A DNA stretch of 64,000 bases from Candidatus Bathyarchaeota archaeon (GTDB lineage: Archaea > Thermoproteota > Bathyarchaeia > Bathyarchaeales > DTEX01): contig JAGTQB010000001.1 of the NCBI GenBank assembly GCA_018396995.1, positions 67,584-131,583 on the forward strand, written 5' to 3'. Under the pieces are notes generated by a model that worked only from the letters and a program-made list of their open reading frames with translations, was not told the DNA's origin and searched no databases. The first letter of the stretch is position 1. Each line of letters opens with the position of its first letter. Position numbers and translations under genes: made by a program. Of this stretch, positions 26,579-36,439 are shown one piece after another.

Positions 26579-27826
26579 ATGGAAATAGTGTTTTTTACAT
26601 ATGAGTATCCTCCCTACCTAGTTGGCGGGCTTGGGACATATGCTGAGTACATAACAAGGGAATTTGTTAAGATGGGCCATGATGTCACCGTATTTGCTAT
26701 GCACACTAAGGATGCTCCAACAAGGGATATATATAGTGGAGTGGAGGTTCATAGACCAATAGTTGACAACATGCACATCAGCCTACTACTACCGATGTTC
26801 ATACCCGAGGAAGTGCAGCGGTGGAATGAGAATGGAAAAAGGTTCTTTGGAAGCGTCTTCCTCTACAATATATTGTCGGCAAGTAAACTAATAAATGATC
26901 TTATAAGGACGGAGAAGAGGAAAGTTGACATAATTGCTGCGCATGATTGGCTTGGCTCAATAGGGGGGATATTGGCTAGCAAGGGATTAAATAAGCCCCT
27001 CATATTCCATGTGCATAGCACTGAGCAAGGGAGGACTGGCAACGGTTCAGAAACCATAAAACGACTGGAGCGGCTCGCCGCCAGCTACGCCGACAGGATA
27101 ATAACGGTTAGTTACGCGATGCGTGACCACTTAGTAAGCCTAGGCTATGATGAGAAGAAGATCCGCGTTGTTTATAATGGCATAGATGTTGAGAAATACT
27201 CTCCTGAAAATGTTCCTCAGGAAGAAGCCTTGGCCATAAGGAGGAGCTTGGGGATAGCCGATGATGAATACATGGTTTTGTTCATAGGAAGGCTGACATG
27301 GGTTAAGGGTGCGGATACGCTGATATTAGCCATGCCTGAAATATTAAGCAAGGTGCCAAAAACAAAGCTAGTTATAGTTGGTGTTGGCGAGCAGGAGGAG
27401 CTGCTGAAGGAGGAGGTTACCAGACTCAATCTTCAGGATAGGGTTATACTCAAGTATGAATTTCTGCCGGAGGATCTGAGGATAAAATATTATGCGGCGG
27501 CTGATGTATGCGTCTTCCCATCAAAGTATGAACCATTCGGAATAGTCTGCACCGAGGCAATGAGCATGGGTAAACCAGTAGTTGTCGGAGCACGCGGCGT
27601 TAGCGGAATGAGAGAACAGGTTATCCCTTCAGGTCCATACCAAACTGGCTTTCACATAAATCCATATGACCCCAGCGACATAGCAAAGTTTGTAACGATT
27701 CTCTTAGAGGATGAGAAGCTCAGAAGGAGGTGTGGCGAGAATGCTAGGAGGAGGGTTCTAGAAATGTTTACGTGGAAGAAGGTTGCTGAAAATACCATAA
27801 GAATATATAAAGAGGTTGTTTCATAA
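26579..27826 (+). CDS. Glycosyltransferase (GT4/glycogen-synthase-like), paralogue 1
   Basis: 415 aa. It has the N-terminal FTYEYPPYLVGGLGTY, HDW, and the C-terminal EPFGIV..EAM..G.P.V motif of retaining GT-B enzymes. Confidence 0.8.
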   Translation: MEIVFFTYEYPPYLVGGLGTYAEYITREFVKMGHDVTVFAMHTKDAPTRDIYSGVEVHRPIVDNMHISLLLPMFIPEEVQRWNENGKRFFGSVFLYNILSASKLINDLIRTEKRKVDIIAAHDWLGSIGGILASKGLNKPLIFHVHSTEQGRTGNGSETIKRLERLAASYADRIITVSYAMRDHLVSLGYDEKKIRVVYNGIDVEKYSPENVPQEEALAIRRSLGIADDEYMVLFIGRLTWVKGADTLILAMPEILSKVPKTKLVIVGVGEQEELLKEEVTRLNLQDRVILKYEFLPEDLRIKYYAAADVCVFPSKYEPFGIVCTEAMSMGKPVVVGARGVSGMREQVIPSGPYQTGFHINPYDPSDIAKFVTILLEDEKLRRRCGENARRRVLEMFTWKKVAENTIRIYKEVVS

Positions 27827-27919
27827 ATTATTCCAAAAATTCTCCCTTTATGAAATCTGAGAGAAAGGGTAATAGGTTTGCTACTTATTATTAAAATTAA
27901 TGAAAAGTGTGTTGGCTGA

Positions 27920-29086
27920 ATGAATATATGCATGTTTACTTGGGAGTACCCGCCTAGAATAGTTGGTGGGATATCAAGACATTGTGAAGGATTAGCAAGA
28001 GAACTTGTTAAAAAGGGGCATACCGTCCATATAGTCACATTAGAGTTTCCTGGAGCACCACTTTATGAGGAGAGGAATGGCGTAAAAATACATAGGGTTC
28101 CCATAGAGCTGGGCCATCCAAACTTCATCATCTGGACACTCCTATTTAACCATTTTATGGAGAAGAGGATTGCCGAAATTAGTAAGAATGAGAAATTCGA
28201 TGTTATCCATGCGCATGATTGGCTTGTAGCACCCGTAAGCATATCCTCAAAACATTATCTAGGCGTACCACTGGTGTCAACTATACATAGCACGGAGGTT
28301 GGTAGAGCGCAGGGCCTTCATACTCAGGATTCATTTCTAATAGATGGTTTCGAATGGTGGCTAACGTATGAATCAAAGAGGGTGATCGCCACGAGCTACG
28401 CCATGAAGAGGGAGATTGAAGAACACTTTCACTTACCAAGTGAGAAGATAGACGTTATCCCGAACGGCATCGATGTATCAAAATATGAGGTTAATGTTGA
28501 ACATGAAGAAGTGAAGAAGAGGTTTAGGATAAACCCTGATGAGAAGATAATCCTCTTCGTTGGCAGACTTGTTCCCCAAAAAGGCGTAGAATACTTAATT
28601 ATGGCTGCCCCAAAAATATTTGAGCAGCATCCAGACAGCAGAATAATTATAGTTGGAAATGGCTGGATTAAGGATAACCTCATGAGCCTAGCAAGCTCCA
28701 CTAAATACTCCAATAAAATAACGTTCCTAGGTTTTTTGGATGATCGAGATTTAACTGAGTTAACCCTGTGCTCAGATGTCCTTGTTGTTCCATCAATCTA
28801 TGAGCCCTTTGGGATAGTCGCCTTAGAGGGCATGGCCGCTGGCGTGCCCGTCGTTGCAAGTAATGTTGGCGGTTTAGCTGAGATAATTGAGCATGACAGA
28901 ACTGGCTTCCTAGCTCATAAGGAGGATCCCGACTCAATAGCTTTTGGGATAAATAAAATTCTATCCGACCCGGAGTATGCACATAAACTTGCGCAAAATG
29001 CTAAAAGAAAGGTTTATGAAACATATAGTTGGGAGGCTGTTGCTAGGAGGACGATTGAGGTTTATAGAAAAGCCATCGGAGAGTGA
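27920..29086 (+). CDS. Glycosyltransferase (GT4/glycogen-synthase-like), paralogue 2
   Basis: 388 aa with FTWEYPPRIVGGISRH, HDW and EPFGIVALEGMAAGVPVV. It is clearly paralogous to the preceding gene. Confidence 0.8.
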   Translation: MNICMFTWEYPPRIVGGISRHCEGLARELVKKGHTVHIVTLEFPGAPLYEERNGVKIHRVPIELGHPNFIIWTLLFNHFMEKRIAEISKNEKFDVIHAHDWLVAPVSISSKHYLGVPLVSTIHSTEVGRAQGLHTQDSFLIDGFEWWLTYESKRVIATSYAMKREIEEHFHLPSEKIDVIPNGIDVSKYEVNVEHEEVKKRFRINPDEKIILFVGRLVPQKGVEYLIMAAPKIFEQHPDSRIIIVGNGWIKDNLMSLASSTKYSNKITFLGFLDDRDLTELTLCSDVLVVPSIYEPFGIVALEGMAAGVPVVASNVGGLAEIIEHDRTGFLAHKEDPDSIAFGINKILSDPEYAHKLAQNAKRKVYETYSWEAVARRTIEVYRKAIGE

Positions 29087-29111
29087 CTTTGTGCGGGATA
29101 AATTTTCAAGA

Positions 29112-29348
29112 ATGCCAGACGACATATATCTTCTGCACATTATGCATAATATTGGCGCAATAGATTCTGAAAGAGCTCTTCCAGTAGAGGAGATAGCGCG
29201 CTGGGCCTCTATGGAGAAGCAGAGAGTTGAGGAAAACCTCAATAAACTGGTGGAAAAGGGCTACGCTACCCTCAGAGTAGACTCTGAAGTTAAAAGGTAC
29301 TTCGTAACAATTGACGGCATTAGGAAAGTCCTTAGTATCTACAGTTAA
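29112..29348 (+). CDS. Small winged-helix protein
   Basis: 78 aa from the internal ATG 29112: ...LPVEEIARWASMEKQRVEENLNKLVEKGYATL. The longer track ORF (28977) overlaps the GT4 gene end. Confidence 0.5.
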   Translation: MPDDIYLLHIMHNIGAIDSERALPVEEIARWASMEKQRVEENLNKLVEKGYATLRVDSEVKRYFVTIDGIRKVLSIYS

Positions 29349-29401
29349 CTGATTAGATCTACCCTTCAACAATCCTTATTTTACTGTTAGCATAAGGGAT
29401 A

Positions 29402-30463
29402 TTAGTAAGCGATTCTCCCCCTCTCTGAGGCGAGCTCCTCTCTCAGAAGCTTAGCCGCCTCCTCTGGTGGTACAACATTAATGTACATTCCCGTACTCTT
29501 TTCAAAGCCAGCCCAAATGGATAATGCTGGATAGACTTCAACATGCCAATGATAATATTCTGCCGGGGCCATGTGAAAGCCAAGGTTATATGGCGGGTCA
29601 TTAAATAGGCTCCTCAGCCCACCCAAACTAAGCCTAAGGGTCTCCGCAAAGCTCTTAACCTCGCCCTCTTTAAGACCCAGTATTAAAGATTGGTGTCTCT
29701 TAGGGAATATCCAGAACTCAAATGGGTTTATTGAGGCCCATGGAGCAAAAACTATGAAATTGTCGTTCTCGTGGATGAGACGCTCTCCCCTTCTCTCCTC
29801 GCCTATTATGTTGCAGAAGATGCATCCGTTATTATCTTCATAATATTTTTTGCTTGCAGCCAACTCCTCTGATACAACCTTTGGAGTAACTGGCATAGCT
29901 ATTATCTGCATATGTGCATGGGAGAGCGAAGCGCCCGCGCTTGCGCCATGATTTCTAAATATTGAAACATATTTCACGTAATTTCTCGTCATAAAAAATG
30001 AGACTCTATCTTTCAGAGCGTTTATTACGTGTATTAGCTGACTCACTCTGGCTACGCCTGGATGCTCATCATGGTTCGGGGACTCTACTAGAACCTCATG
30101 ATGCCCCAGTGCCCATGAGCGAACATATCTCAACCCACCCTCAAGCCCAGGTATAACGCCCGATTCTCCAGGGGTGAATGCTGGGTATAGATTTGGGAAG
30201 CACCTTACAATCCAATTTTTATGCCGATCCTCATCTGTATCCCTCTCCCTTTTAACGGTACCATTAGTGTTTAATATATAGACCAAAGAGGCAGGTGGGG
30301 TTAAATGCTCATTTCCTGGGCAGAATGGACATACAAGATGTCCCCTTTCTTCAGGACGCCTCTCAACAACCTCTAAAGGTCTCTTCTTCCTCTGTGGTGC
30401 TATTACAACCCATCTATCTATTATGTAATCTTTCCTCAACTCATTAATGGACATAGAGACCAC
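29402..30463 (-). CDS. galT: Galactose-1-phosphate uridylyltransferase-like HIT enzyme (GalT / NDP-glucose phosphorylase family)
   Basis: 353 aa with the CPFCPGNE zinc motif and the SLSHAHMQI (HxHxQ) active site. Confidence 0.85.
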   Translation of the reverse strand: MVSMSINELRKDYIIDRWVVIAPQRKKRPLEVVERRPEERGHLVCPFCPGNEHLTPPASLVYILNTNGTVKRERDTDEDRHKNWIVRCFPNLYPAFTPGESGVIPGLEGGLRYVRSWALGHHEVLVESPNHDEHPGVARVSQLIHVINALKDRVSFFMTRNYVKYVSIFRNHGASAGASLSHAHMQIIAMPVTPKVVSEELAASKKYYEDNNGCIFCNIIGEERRGERLIHENDNFIVFAPWASINPFEFWIFPKRHQSLILGLKEGEVKSFAETLRLSLGGLRSLFNDPPYNLGFHMAPAEYYHWHVEVYPALSIWAGFEKSTGMYINVVPPEEAAKLLREELASERGRIAY

Positions 30464-30557
30464 TATGATGACTATCTACTCAACTCAGTTAATTATATAC
30501 TGTTAAAAAGCGCAAAACAAATTTTTCTTTTCAGAATTTCATTTCAGTGGAGCGTTA

Positions 30558-31781
30558 ATGGAGTATATTGGAGTTGACTTTCCCATAGAGGTTATTCGTG
30601 AAGGTATTACTAATGTCGCTATCCCAAAACTTGAGTTTTTTAAGAGGGGTCTCTGGGACTATGCTCCAGCACAGGCGCCAGTATTCTATAATCCTCGGAT
30701 GAGAACCTGTAGGGATATAGCTGTCTTAGCTCTACAATCCTATCAGAAACTCGTTGGCAGAGACTTAAATGTTTCAGAGCCTTTAGCTGGCTGCGGCGTC
30801 AGAGGGATAAGGTTTGCTAGGGAGGTTGAGGGGATAAGGAGTGTCTATATTAATGATATAAGCGAGAGGGCTTATCAACTCGCCAAATACAACGTCCTCC
30901 TAAATAATCTTGAAGATAAGGTCTTCGTGTCAAACGATGATGCAAACCTATTTCTTAGTAGGCACGCCGCCACAAAGAATAGATTTGACTTTATAGATAT
31001 AGATCCCTTTGGCTCCCCAGCACCATACTTGGACTCAGCCATTAGGGCGTTAAGGGATGGTGGACTATTGGCTTTAACAGCGACCGATATGGCGCCTTTA
31101 TGCGGCGTCTATCCTAGAGTAGCCTTAAGGAAGTATGGTGGTGTATCCTTGCGAACCGAGTATTGCCATGAGATAGCGGTGAGACTTTTAGCTGGGTGCT
31201 TGGCATCGGTGGCCGCCAGACATAACATTGGAATAAAAGTATTATTCAGTCATAGTACGCGGCACTATATTAGACTATACACGCTTGTAGAGTATGGTGC
31301 TAAAAAAGCTGACGAAGCCCTAAAGAACATGGGCTATATACTACACTGTTTTAAGTGCTTCCATAGAGAGATCCATCAGGATATCATGTTAGCTGGGCAT
31401 AATAGTAAATGCCCGGAGTGTGGGTCTATAATGAGGGCTACTGGGCCGCTGTGGCTTGGTGGAATAGTTGATGAGAACTTTTGTAGGATACTGGAGGAGA
31501 ATTTAGAGAGGGAGAATTTCAGCCACATAGGTCACGAAGCAAGAAAGATAATTTCGATGGTGAGAGATGAGATAAACGCGCCCATCACTTACTACGTTAT
31601 TGATAAGATTTGCGATAAAATTGGTATACCCACACCCCCACTAAGGGAGGTTATACTCCGTCTCTCAAGTGCAAATTATAGGGCGCTGAGGACACACTTC
31701 CACGCTAAGGGGGTTAAGACTGATGCCCCTGCATCAACAGTCATAGAGATTATTAGGGGGATTGCGGAGAGACAATTCTAG
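30558..31781 (+). CDS. trm1: tRNA (guanine26-N2)-dimethyltransferase Trm1
   Basis: 407 aa with FYNP.M...RD, the LAGCGVRGIRFA SAM motif, IDIDPFGSP, and a C-terminal Cys cluster (CFKCF...CPECG). Confidence 0.9.
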   Translation: MEYIGVDFPIEVIREGITNVAIPKLEFFKRGLWDYAPAQAPVFYNPRMRTCRDIAVLALQSYQKLVGRDLNVSEPLAGCGVRGIRFAREVEGIRSVYINDISERAYQLAKYNVLLNNLEDKVFVSNDDANLFLSRHAATKNRFDFIDIDPFGSPAPYLDSAIRALRDGGLLALTATDMAPLCGVYPRVALRKYGGVSLRTEYCHEIAVRLLAGCLASVAARHNIGIKVLFSHSTRHYIRLYTLVEYGAKKADEALKNMGYILHCFKCFHREIHQDIMLAGHNSKCPECGSIMRATGPLWLGGIVDENFCRILEENLERENFSHIGHEARKIISMVRDEINAPITYYVIDKICDKIGIPTPPLREVILRLSSANYRALRTHFHAKGVKTDAPASTVIEIIRGIAERQF

Positions 31782-31789
31782 CTGAGGGT

Positions 31790-32683
31790 TCACCCCTCAA
31801 TCTCAACTATCTCTAAGCTCATATCAATGGATTTAGCTGAGTGGGTAATGGCGCCTACAGAGATTATATCTGGGCCGAGACTAGCATAATCTAAAATATT
31901 GTTTTCAGTTATCTCTCCAGAAACTTCTATGAGAACCTTATCTCTTAAGCCAAGCTCCTTAAGGGCATCAATGACCCTTCGGACATCCTTAACGCTCATA
32001 TTATCTAACATTATTATGTCAGCGCCCAGCCTAGCAGCCTTAATAGCGTCCTCAACAGTCCGAGCTTCAACCTCAATCTTTTTTGAAAAACTCTTTGAGG
32101 AGAGAGCCTTTTTTAAAGCCTCCTCTAAGCTGCCAGCGATGGCGATGTGGTTATCCTTAATAAGTATCTGGTCATCTAGTCTGAATCTATGCGGATCTCC
32201 TCCCCCGATAGCCACAGCCTTCTTGTCAAAGTATCTTAATCCTGGAGCGGTTTTTCTAGTGGCGGCTATACGTATATTGAGTCCAGCCTCCCTAATCTTC
32301 CTGATCAGCCTTCTTGTCTCAGTAGCTATTCCGCTCATCCTCGAAAGAAGGTTCAACGCAGTCCTTTCAGCCGAAAGTATACTCCTTCCCTCGCCCCTAA
32401 TAATGGCTATTGACGTATTAGGTGAAACCTCATCGCCATTTTTAACGTTTGGTGTAAAGCTTGCGCCAACGATCTCAAAGATCATTCTGGCTTCATCAAG
32501 CCCGGCTACGACGGCCATCTCCTTCACGATTATCTCTGCACGAACCTTTACCCCACTAGGGACTATGAGTTCCGTCGTTATATCTCCTAGTCCTATATCC
32601 TCTTCAAGGAAGCCTCTGATCTTCTCTCTTAGCAGAGCATCTGGGACATTCAATTTCCTATCACAAATACTCTCCCAGACCAT
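31790..32683 (-). CDS. nadC: Nicotinate-nucleotide pyrophosphorylase (quinolinate phosphoribosyltransferase)
   Basis: 297 aa with DIGLGDITT, ERTALN, TRKT.PG.R, KDNH and IMLDNM blocks. Confidence 0.9.
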   Translation of the reverse strand: MVWESICDRKLNVPDALLREKIRGFLEEDIGLGDITTELIVPSGVKVRAEIIVKEMAVVAGLDEARMIFEIVGASFTPNVKNGDEVSPNTSIAIIRGEGRSILSAERTALNLLSRMSGIATETRRLIRKIREAGLNIRIAATRKTAPGLRYFDKKAVAIGGGDPHRFRLDDQILIKDNHIAIAGSLEEALKKALSSKSFSKKIEVEARTVEDAIKAARLGADIIMLDNMSVKDVRRVIDALKELGLRDKVLIEVSGEITENNILDYASLGPDIISVGAITHSAKSIDMSLEIVEIEG

Positions 32684-32823
32684 TATACATATAAACTTTG
32701 CTTCACTGTAACCTATGCGGTGAAATGGATCTTTTCCGAGAGCTTGAGAGAAATATTTATAACTTAATTCTCTTAATTGATGAGAGAAAACGTGTAGGAA
32801 TTAAAGGACGAAGGTTATAGGGT

Positions 32824-33837
32824 ATGCCGAAGCACCATGCTCCTAGGAGGGGCTCATTAGCATACTTACCTAGAGCTAGAGCTTCGCGCTCAGTTGCTAG
32901 AGTGAGATATTGGCCTGAGGTTAAAGAGGGACCTGTGCTACTCGGCTTTGCCGGGTACAAGGCTGGAATGACTTATGTAGTTATGGTTGATGATGAGCCC
33001 GGCTCGGTTAACTTTGGTAAGGAGGTCGTCCAACCAGTTACGATTATAGATACCCCACCCATGTATATAGCCGCCGTCCGAGCATATGCGCGGGATGAAT
33101 GCGGCCTTAGAGCCTTAACTGAGGTCTGGGCTTCGCCAATACCCAAAGACTTTGATAGGGTTATAACTCCACCAAAGAACTATGGTATGGAGAATGTTGA
33201 GGAGGGTTTAAAGAGGATAGAGGCTGCCCTCAATGAGGTCACCGAGTTTAGAGTTTTAGCCGCCACCCAGCCAAGGTTAGCTAGCGTCCCAAAGAAGAAG
33301 CCAGATCTAATGGAAATTAAGGTTGGCGGGGGAACCATAAAAGAGCAGTTTGAGTATGTTAGGAAGATTTTAGGTAAAACTATCTCTGTTGAAGAGGTTT
33401 TTAAAGAGGGACAATATGTCGATGTAATAGCCATAACTAAGGGTAAAGGGTTCCAAGGTCCTGTGAAGAGGTGGGGTGTAAAGACTCTGCAACACAAAAC
33501 ACGTAAAACGGAGCGTGGGGTTGGGACTCTGGGCGCAATAGGCATGAAGAGAGTTATATATGCCGTGCCCAGACCTGGGCAGATGGGCTACCACCAGAGA
33601 ACAGAATATAACAAAAGGATACTAAAGATTGGAAAAGATGGTAAAGAGGCGACACCGAAAGGCGGCTTCCTACACTATGGCATAGTTAAAGGGAACTACG
33701 TGTTATTGAGTGGAAGCGTCCCTGGACCAGCTAAGAGACTGATAAGGCTGAGGTATCCTGCTAGGCCGCCAAAGAGAATTAGTGAGACGCCACCACAAAT
33801 AACATTTATCTCTCTTGAGTCGCAGCAGGGTGTTTAG
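32824..33837 (+). CDS. rpl3: Ribosomal protein uL3
   Basis: 337 aa with [19 protein letters not shown] and [14 protein letters not shown]. Confidence 0.95.
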   Translation: MPKHHAPRRGSLAYLPRARASRSVARVRYWPEVKEGPVLLGFAGYKAGMTYVVMVDDEPGSVNFGKEVVQPVTIIDTPPMYIAAVRAYARDECGLRALTEVWASPIPKDFDRVITPPKNYGMENVEEGLKRIEAALNEVTEFRVLAATQPRLASVPKKKPDLMEIKVGGGTIKEQFEYVRKILGKTISVEEVFKEGQYVDVIAITKGKGFQGPVKRWGVKTLQHKTRKTERGVGTLGAIGMKRVIYAVPRPGQMGYHQRTEYNKRILKIGKDGKEATPKGGFLHYGIVKGNYVLLSGSVPGPAKRLIRLRYPARPPKRISETPPQITFISLESQQGV

Positions 33838-33851
33838 GGAGGTTTAAGGGC

Positions 33852-34655
33852 GTGGAAAAAATATATGTTAAGGTCTTTAATCTTGAGGGGAAGGAAGTTG
33901 GCACAATAGAATTACCAGAAGTCTTCTTGACACCATTTAGGCCTGATGTCATAAAGAGGGCTGTTGTGGCAATTCAATCGCACCGTTTACAGCCAAAGGG
34001 TAGGGATCCATATGCTGGTAAGAGGACTACTGCTGAGTCTTGGGGCGTTGGTCATGGACTTGCGAGGTTGCCTCGCTTGGACACTGGTAGGGCGAAATTT
34101 GCTCCGGGCACAGTTGGCGGCCGCTTAGCGCATCCACCCACAGCGGAAAAGAAAATCTATAAAAAGATTCCTAAGAAGGAGAGGCGTTTAGCACTGTTCT
34201 CGGCAATAGCAGCGACCGCGAGGAAGGAGATTGTTGAGGCTAGGGGGCACGTCATAGATAGTGTTCCAGGGATACCCTTAATAGTTACGGATGATCTTGA
34301 GAGTATAAAGAAGGCGGGCGATTTAAGGAAGGTGTTCGTGAATTTAGGGGTTTGGCCAGATATTGAGAGAGTTATGGATAGCATTAATGTTAGGAGTGGT
34401 AAGGGTAAGATGCGGGGTAGAAGACTTAAAAGAGCTATTGGGCCCCTCATCGTGGTGTCGAGGGATGATGGTATATTTAAAGCCGCGAAAAACTTTCCGG
34501 GAGTGGATGTTGTTAAGGTTAAAGACCTGAACCCAGAGCTGCTAGCCCCTGGAACCCATCCTGGGAGATTAACCATATGGACGAGCTCAAGTATAGAGGA
34601 GCTCAAAAAGATCACCACTGTTGTTAAGGAGGTTAGCCAGGTTGGAGCCGAATGA
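33852..34655 (+). CDS. rpl4: Ribosomal protein uL4
   Basis: 267 aa with a GTG start. It has ...[25 protein letters not shown]... and follows uL3. Confidence 0.9.
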   Translation: MEKIYVKVFNLEGKEVGTIELPEVFLTPFRPDVIKRAVVAIQSHRLQPKGRDPYAGKRTTAESWGVGHGLARLPRLDTGRAKFAPGTVGGRLAHPPTAEKKIYKKIPKKERRLALFSAIAATARKEIVEARGHVIDSVPGIPLIVTDDLESIKKAGDLRKVFVNLGVWPDIERVMDSINVRSGKGKMRGRRLKRAIGPLIVVSRDDGIFKAAKNFPGVDVVKVKDLNPELLAPGTHPGRLTIWTSSSIEELKKITTVVKEVSQVGAE

Positions 34656-34902
34656 AATCATCTTGTATCCGCTTATAACTGAGCGGACAAGTCGGATGGT
34701 TGAGAGGGAGAATAAGATAACTTTCATTGTTAATCGTAGGGCGGCAAAGCACGATATAAAGAGGGCTGTTGAGAGGTTATATGGGGTTAAAGTTGAGAAA
34801 GTTAACACTGTTATAACTAGAGATGGAACCAAAAAAGCTTTTGTGAAACTTTCTCCAGAATATAATGCAGCTGATCTGGCAGTTAAATTAGGCATGCTCT
34901 AG
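34621..34902 (+). CDS. rpl23: Ribosomal protein uL23
   Basis: 93 aa or fewer. It has ILYPLITE....[11 protein letters not shown]...A.K.DIK.AVE.LYGVKV..VNT. The exact start is uncertain because the ORF overlaps the end of uL4. Confidence 0.9.
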   Translation: MLRRLARLEPNEIILYPLITERTSRMVERENKITFIVNRRAAKHDIKRAVERLYGVKVEKVNTVITRDGTKKAFVKLSPEYNAADLAVKLGML

Positions 34903-34917
34903 TATAGAGGTGTTGAA

Positions 34918-35649
34918 ATGGGCAAGAGAATATTAGTTCAAAGAAGAGGGAGAGGGTCGCCAGTATTCAGGGCAGCCACCCACAGACGGGTTGCACCAGC
35001 GAAGTATCCAAATCTATCTGAGATAGACATTGTAAACAAGGTTTTAAAGGGGCAAGTACTGGAGCTGGTTCATGATCCGGGGAGGGGAGCCCCGTTAGCT
35101 TATGTAGAGCTCGAGAACGGTGAGAGGTACTATACTCTGGCAGTGGAGGGGCTACATGAGGGACAGATAATAGAGGTTGGGGGAAAGGCATCAGTAAATA
35201 TAGGCAATATCCTCCCAGTTGGAATAATACCTGAGGGAACAATGATATGCAACGTAGAGCTACTGCCTGGGGATGGTGGAAAGCTTGTCCGCGCATCCGG
35301 ATCATATGCAACTGTGCTCTCACATACGCCTGAGGGAACACTTATATCTCTCCCATCTGGTAAAACGCGCTACATAAATGATCGATGTCTAGCAACGATA
35401 GGTGTTGTGGCAGCCTCGGGACGTATCGAGAAGCCTTTTGTTAAGGCCGGAAAGAAGTTCCATTGGATGAAGGCTAAGGGGCATAAGTATCCAAGGGTGC
35501 GTGGAAGGGCGATGATAGCCGCCTTACACCCATTCGGAAGCGGAAGGAGGAGTGCTAAGAAGCACACAACTGTCTCACGTAATGCGCCGCCTGGAGCAAA
35601 GGTTGGGCAGATAGCCGCTAAGAGAACTGGGAGGAAAAAGAAGAAGTAG
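34918..35649 (+). CDS. rpl2: Ribosomal protein uL2
   Basis: 243 aa with RGRGSPVFRA, GNILP.G.IPEGT..CNVE and HPFGGG-like HPFGSGRR. Confidence 0.95.
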   Translation: MGKRILVQRRGRGSPVFRAATHRRVAPAKYPNLSEIDIVNKVLKGQVLELVHDPGRGAPLAYVELENGERYYTLAVEGLHEGQIIEVGGKASVNIGNILPVGIIPEGTMICNVELLPGDGGKLVRASGSYATVLSHTPEGTLISLPSGKTRYINDRCLATIGVVAASGRIEKPFVKAGKKFHWMKAKGHKYPRVRGRAMIAALHPFGSGRRSAKKHTTVSRNAPPGAKVGQIAAKRTGRKKKK

Positions 35650-35667
35650 AGAATAATCCATTTTCTT

Positions 35668-35958
35668 TTATCCTCCATGAATCACTGGTATAAAAACTAT
35701 TTCATCTCCATCCCTAACAATCGCATCCAATCCGCCTAGCAAATTAATCTCCCTCCCATTTAACAATATTATTGTATTAGGGCGCGGGTCCTTCAGCTCC
35801 GGATCTAGTAAAATATCTCTTAGCGAAGCAGCTTCTCTTAGAACCTCATCAACAATATCCTTTAATCTTAAATCTCCCTTAGCATTCATGTCTACGACTA
35901 GTTCATCTTTCCCAAGAGCCCTTCTCAGCACTCCCAACACTTTGACCCTAACTCTCAT
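35668..35958 (-). CDS. MoaD/ThiS/SAMP-type ubiquitin-like small protein (C-terminal GG)
   Basis: 96 aa. It has the beta-grasp pattern VKV.......G.........L.D....L... and ends ...DGDEIVFIPVIHGG. Confidence 0.8.
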   Translation of the reverse strand: MRVRVKVLGVLRRALGKDELVVDMNAKGDLRLKDIVDEVLREAASLRDILLDPELKDPRPNTIILLNGREINLLGGLDAIVRDGDEIVFIPVIHGG

Positions 35959-36388
35959 TCAGCTCTCCTGCTTCCCTCTTAAAGAGATTTAGCCCAAATA
36001 AATTCAAAAGTGTTTTGATATCCTCCTTGCTATTTATTCTGAATAGATGGCTGGGGCATTTACAGTCGGATGAGCCGAAACCTACTACTGGCTCGTAAAG
36101 ACTACTTAAAACTCGCGCCATTCGGCACTCCTCACTTTTTAGGGACTCCTTAAAGAGGACATTTATGATCTCCGCGTACTCATCGCTGAGAAGATAATCT
36201 ATATGCCAAAAGACACGCTTATGCCTCTTAAAGTGTCTTTCAATTCTCTTCTCAAGGTTATTTTGGGCTGAGCCGACATAAACATATAAGCCCCTCTTAA
36301 AGGTTAATGTGCCGAGGGAGCCGACATTTACTCTTCTTGTTTCTCTAACAGATATAACGAGTATATATACGCCCCTCGTCTCCAGCAC
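35948..36388 (-). CDS. GIY-YIG (Uri) superfamily nuclease-like protein, DUF123/COG1833-like
   Basis: 146 aa with GVYILV....., the RGLYVYVGSAQNNLEKRIERH core and WHIDYL. It has an 11-nt overlap with the downstream Ubl gene. Confidence 0.65.
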   Translation of the reverse strand: MLETRGVYILVISVRETRRVNVGSLGTLTFKRGLYVYVGSAQNNLEKRIERHFKRHKRVFWHIDYLLSDEYAEIINVLFKESLKSEECRMARVLSSLYEPVVGFGSSDCKCPSHLFRINSKEDIKTLLNLFGLNLFKREAGELNES

Positions 36389-36439
36389 CCCGATATATGG
36401 ACAGCATTTATATTTTTATGCGCTAAAGAATTTAGGAGT

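Noticed and set aside
31899-32711. A 270-aa ORF antisense to nadC. Many other 60-165 aa antisense ORFs appear in the track, for example 10095-10535, 18456-18902, 34157-34618 and 47680-48174.
   Set aside because: They lie entirely inside well-supported genes on the opposite strand. Their composition is low-complexity and Ser/Leu/Pro-rich, typical of shadow frames, and they have no recognisable motifs.
35650-35680. A 102-aa minus-strand ORF (35370-35678) overlapping the end of uL2 and the Ubl gene region.
   Set aside because: It is a shadow frame of uL2 with a Pro/Leu/Ala-rich product and no motif. The Ubl gene (35668-35958) accounts for the coding signal downstream.
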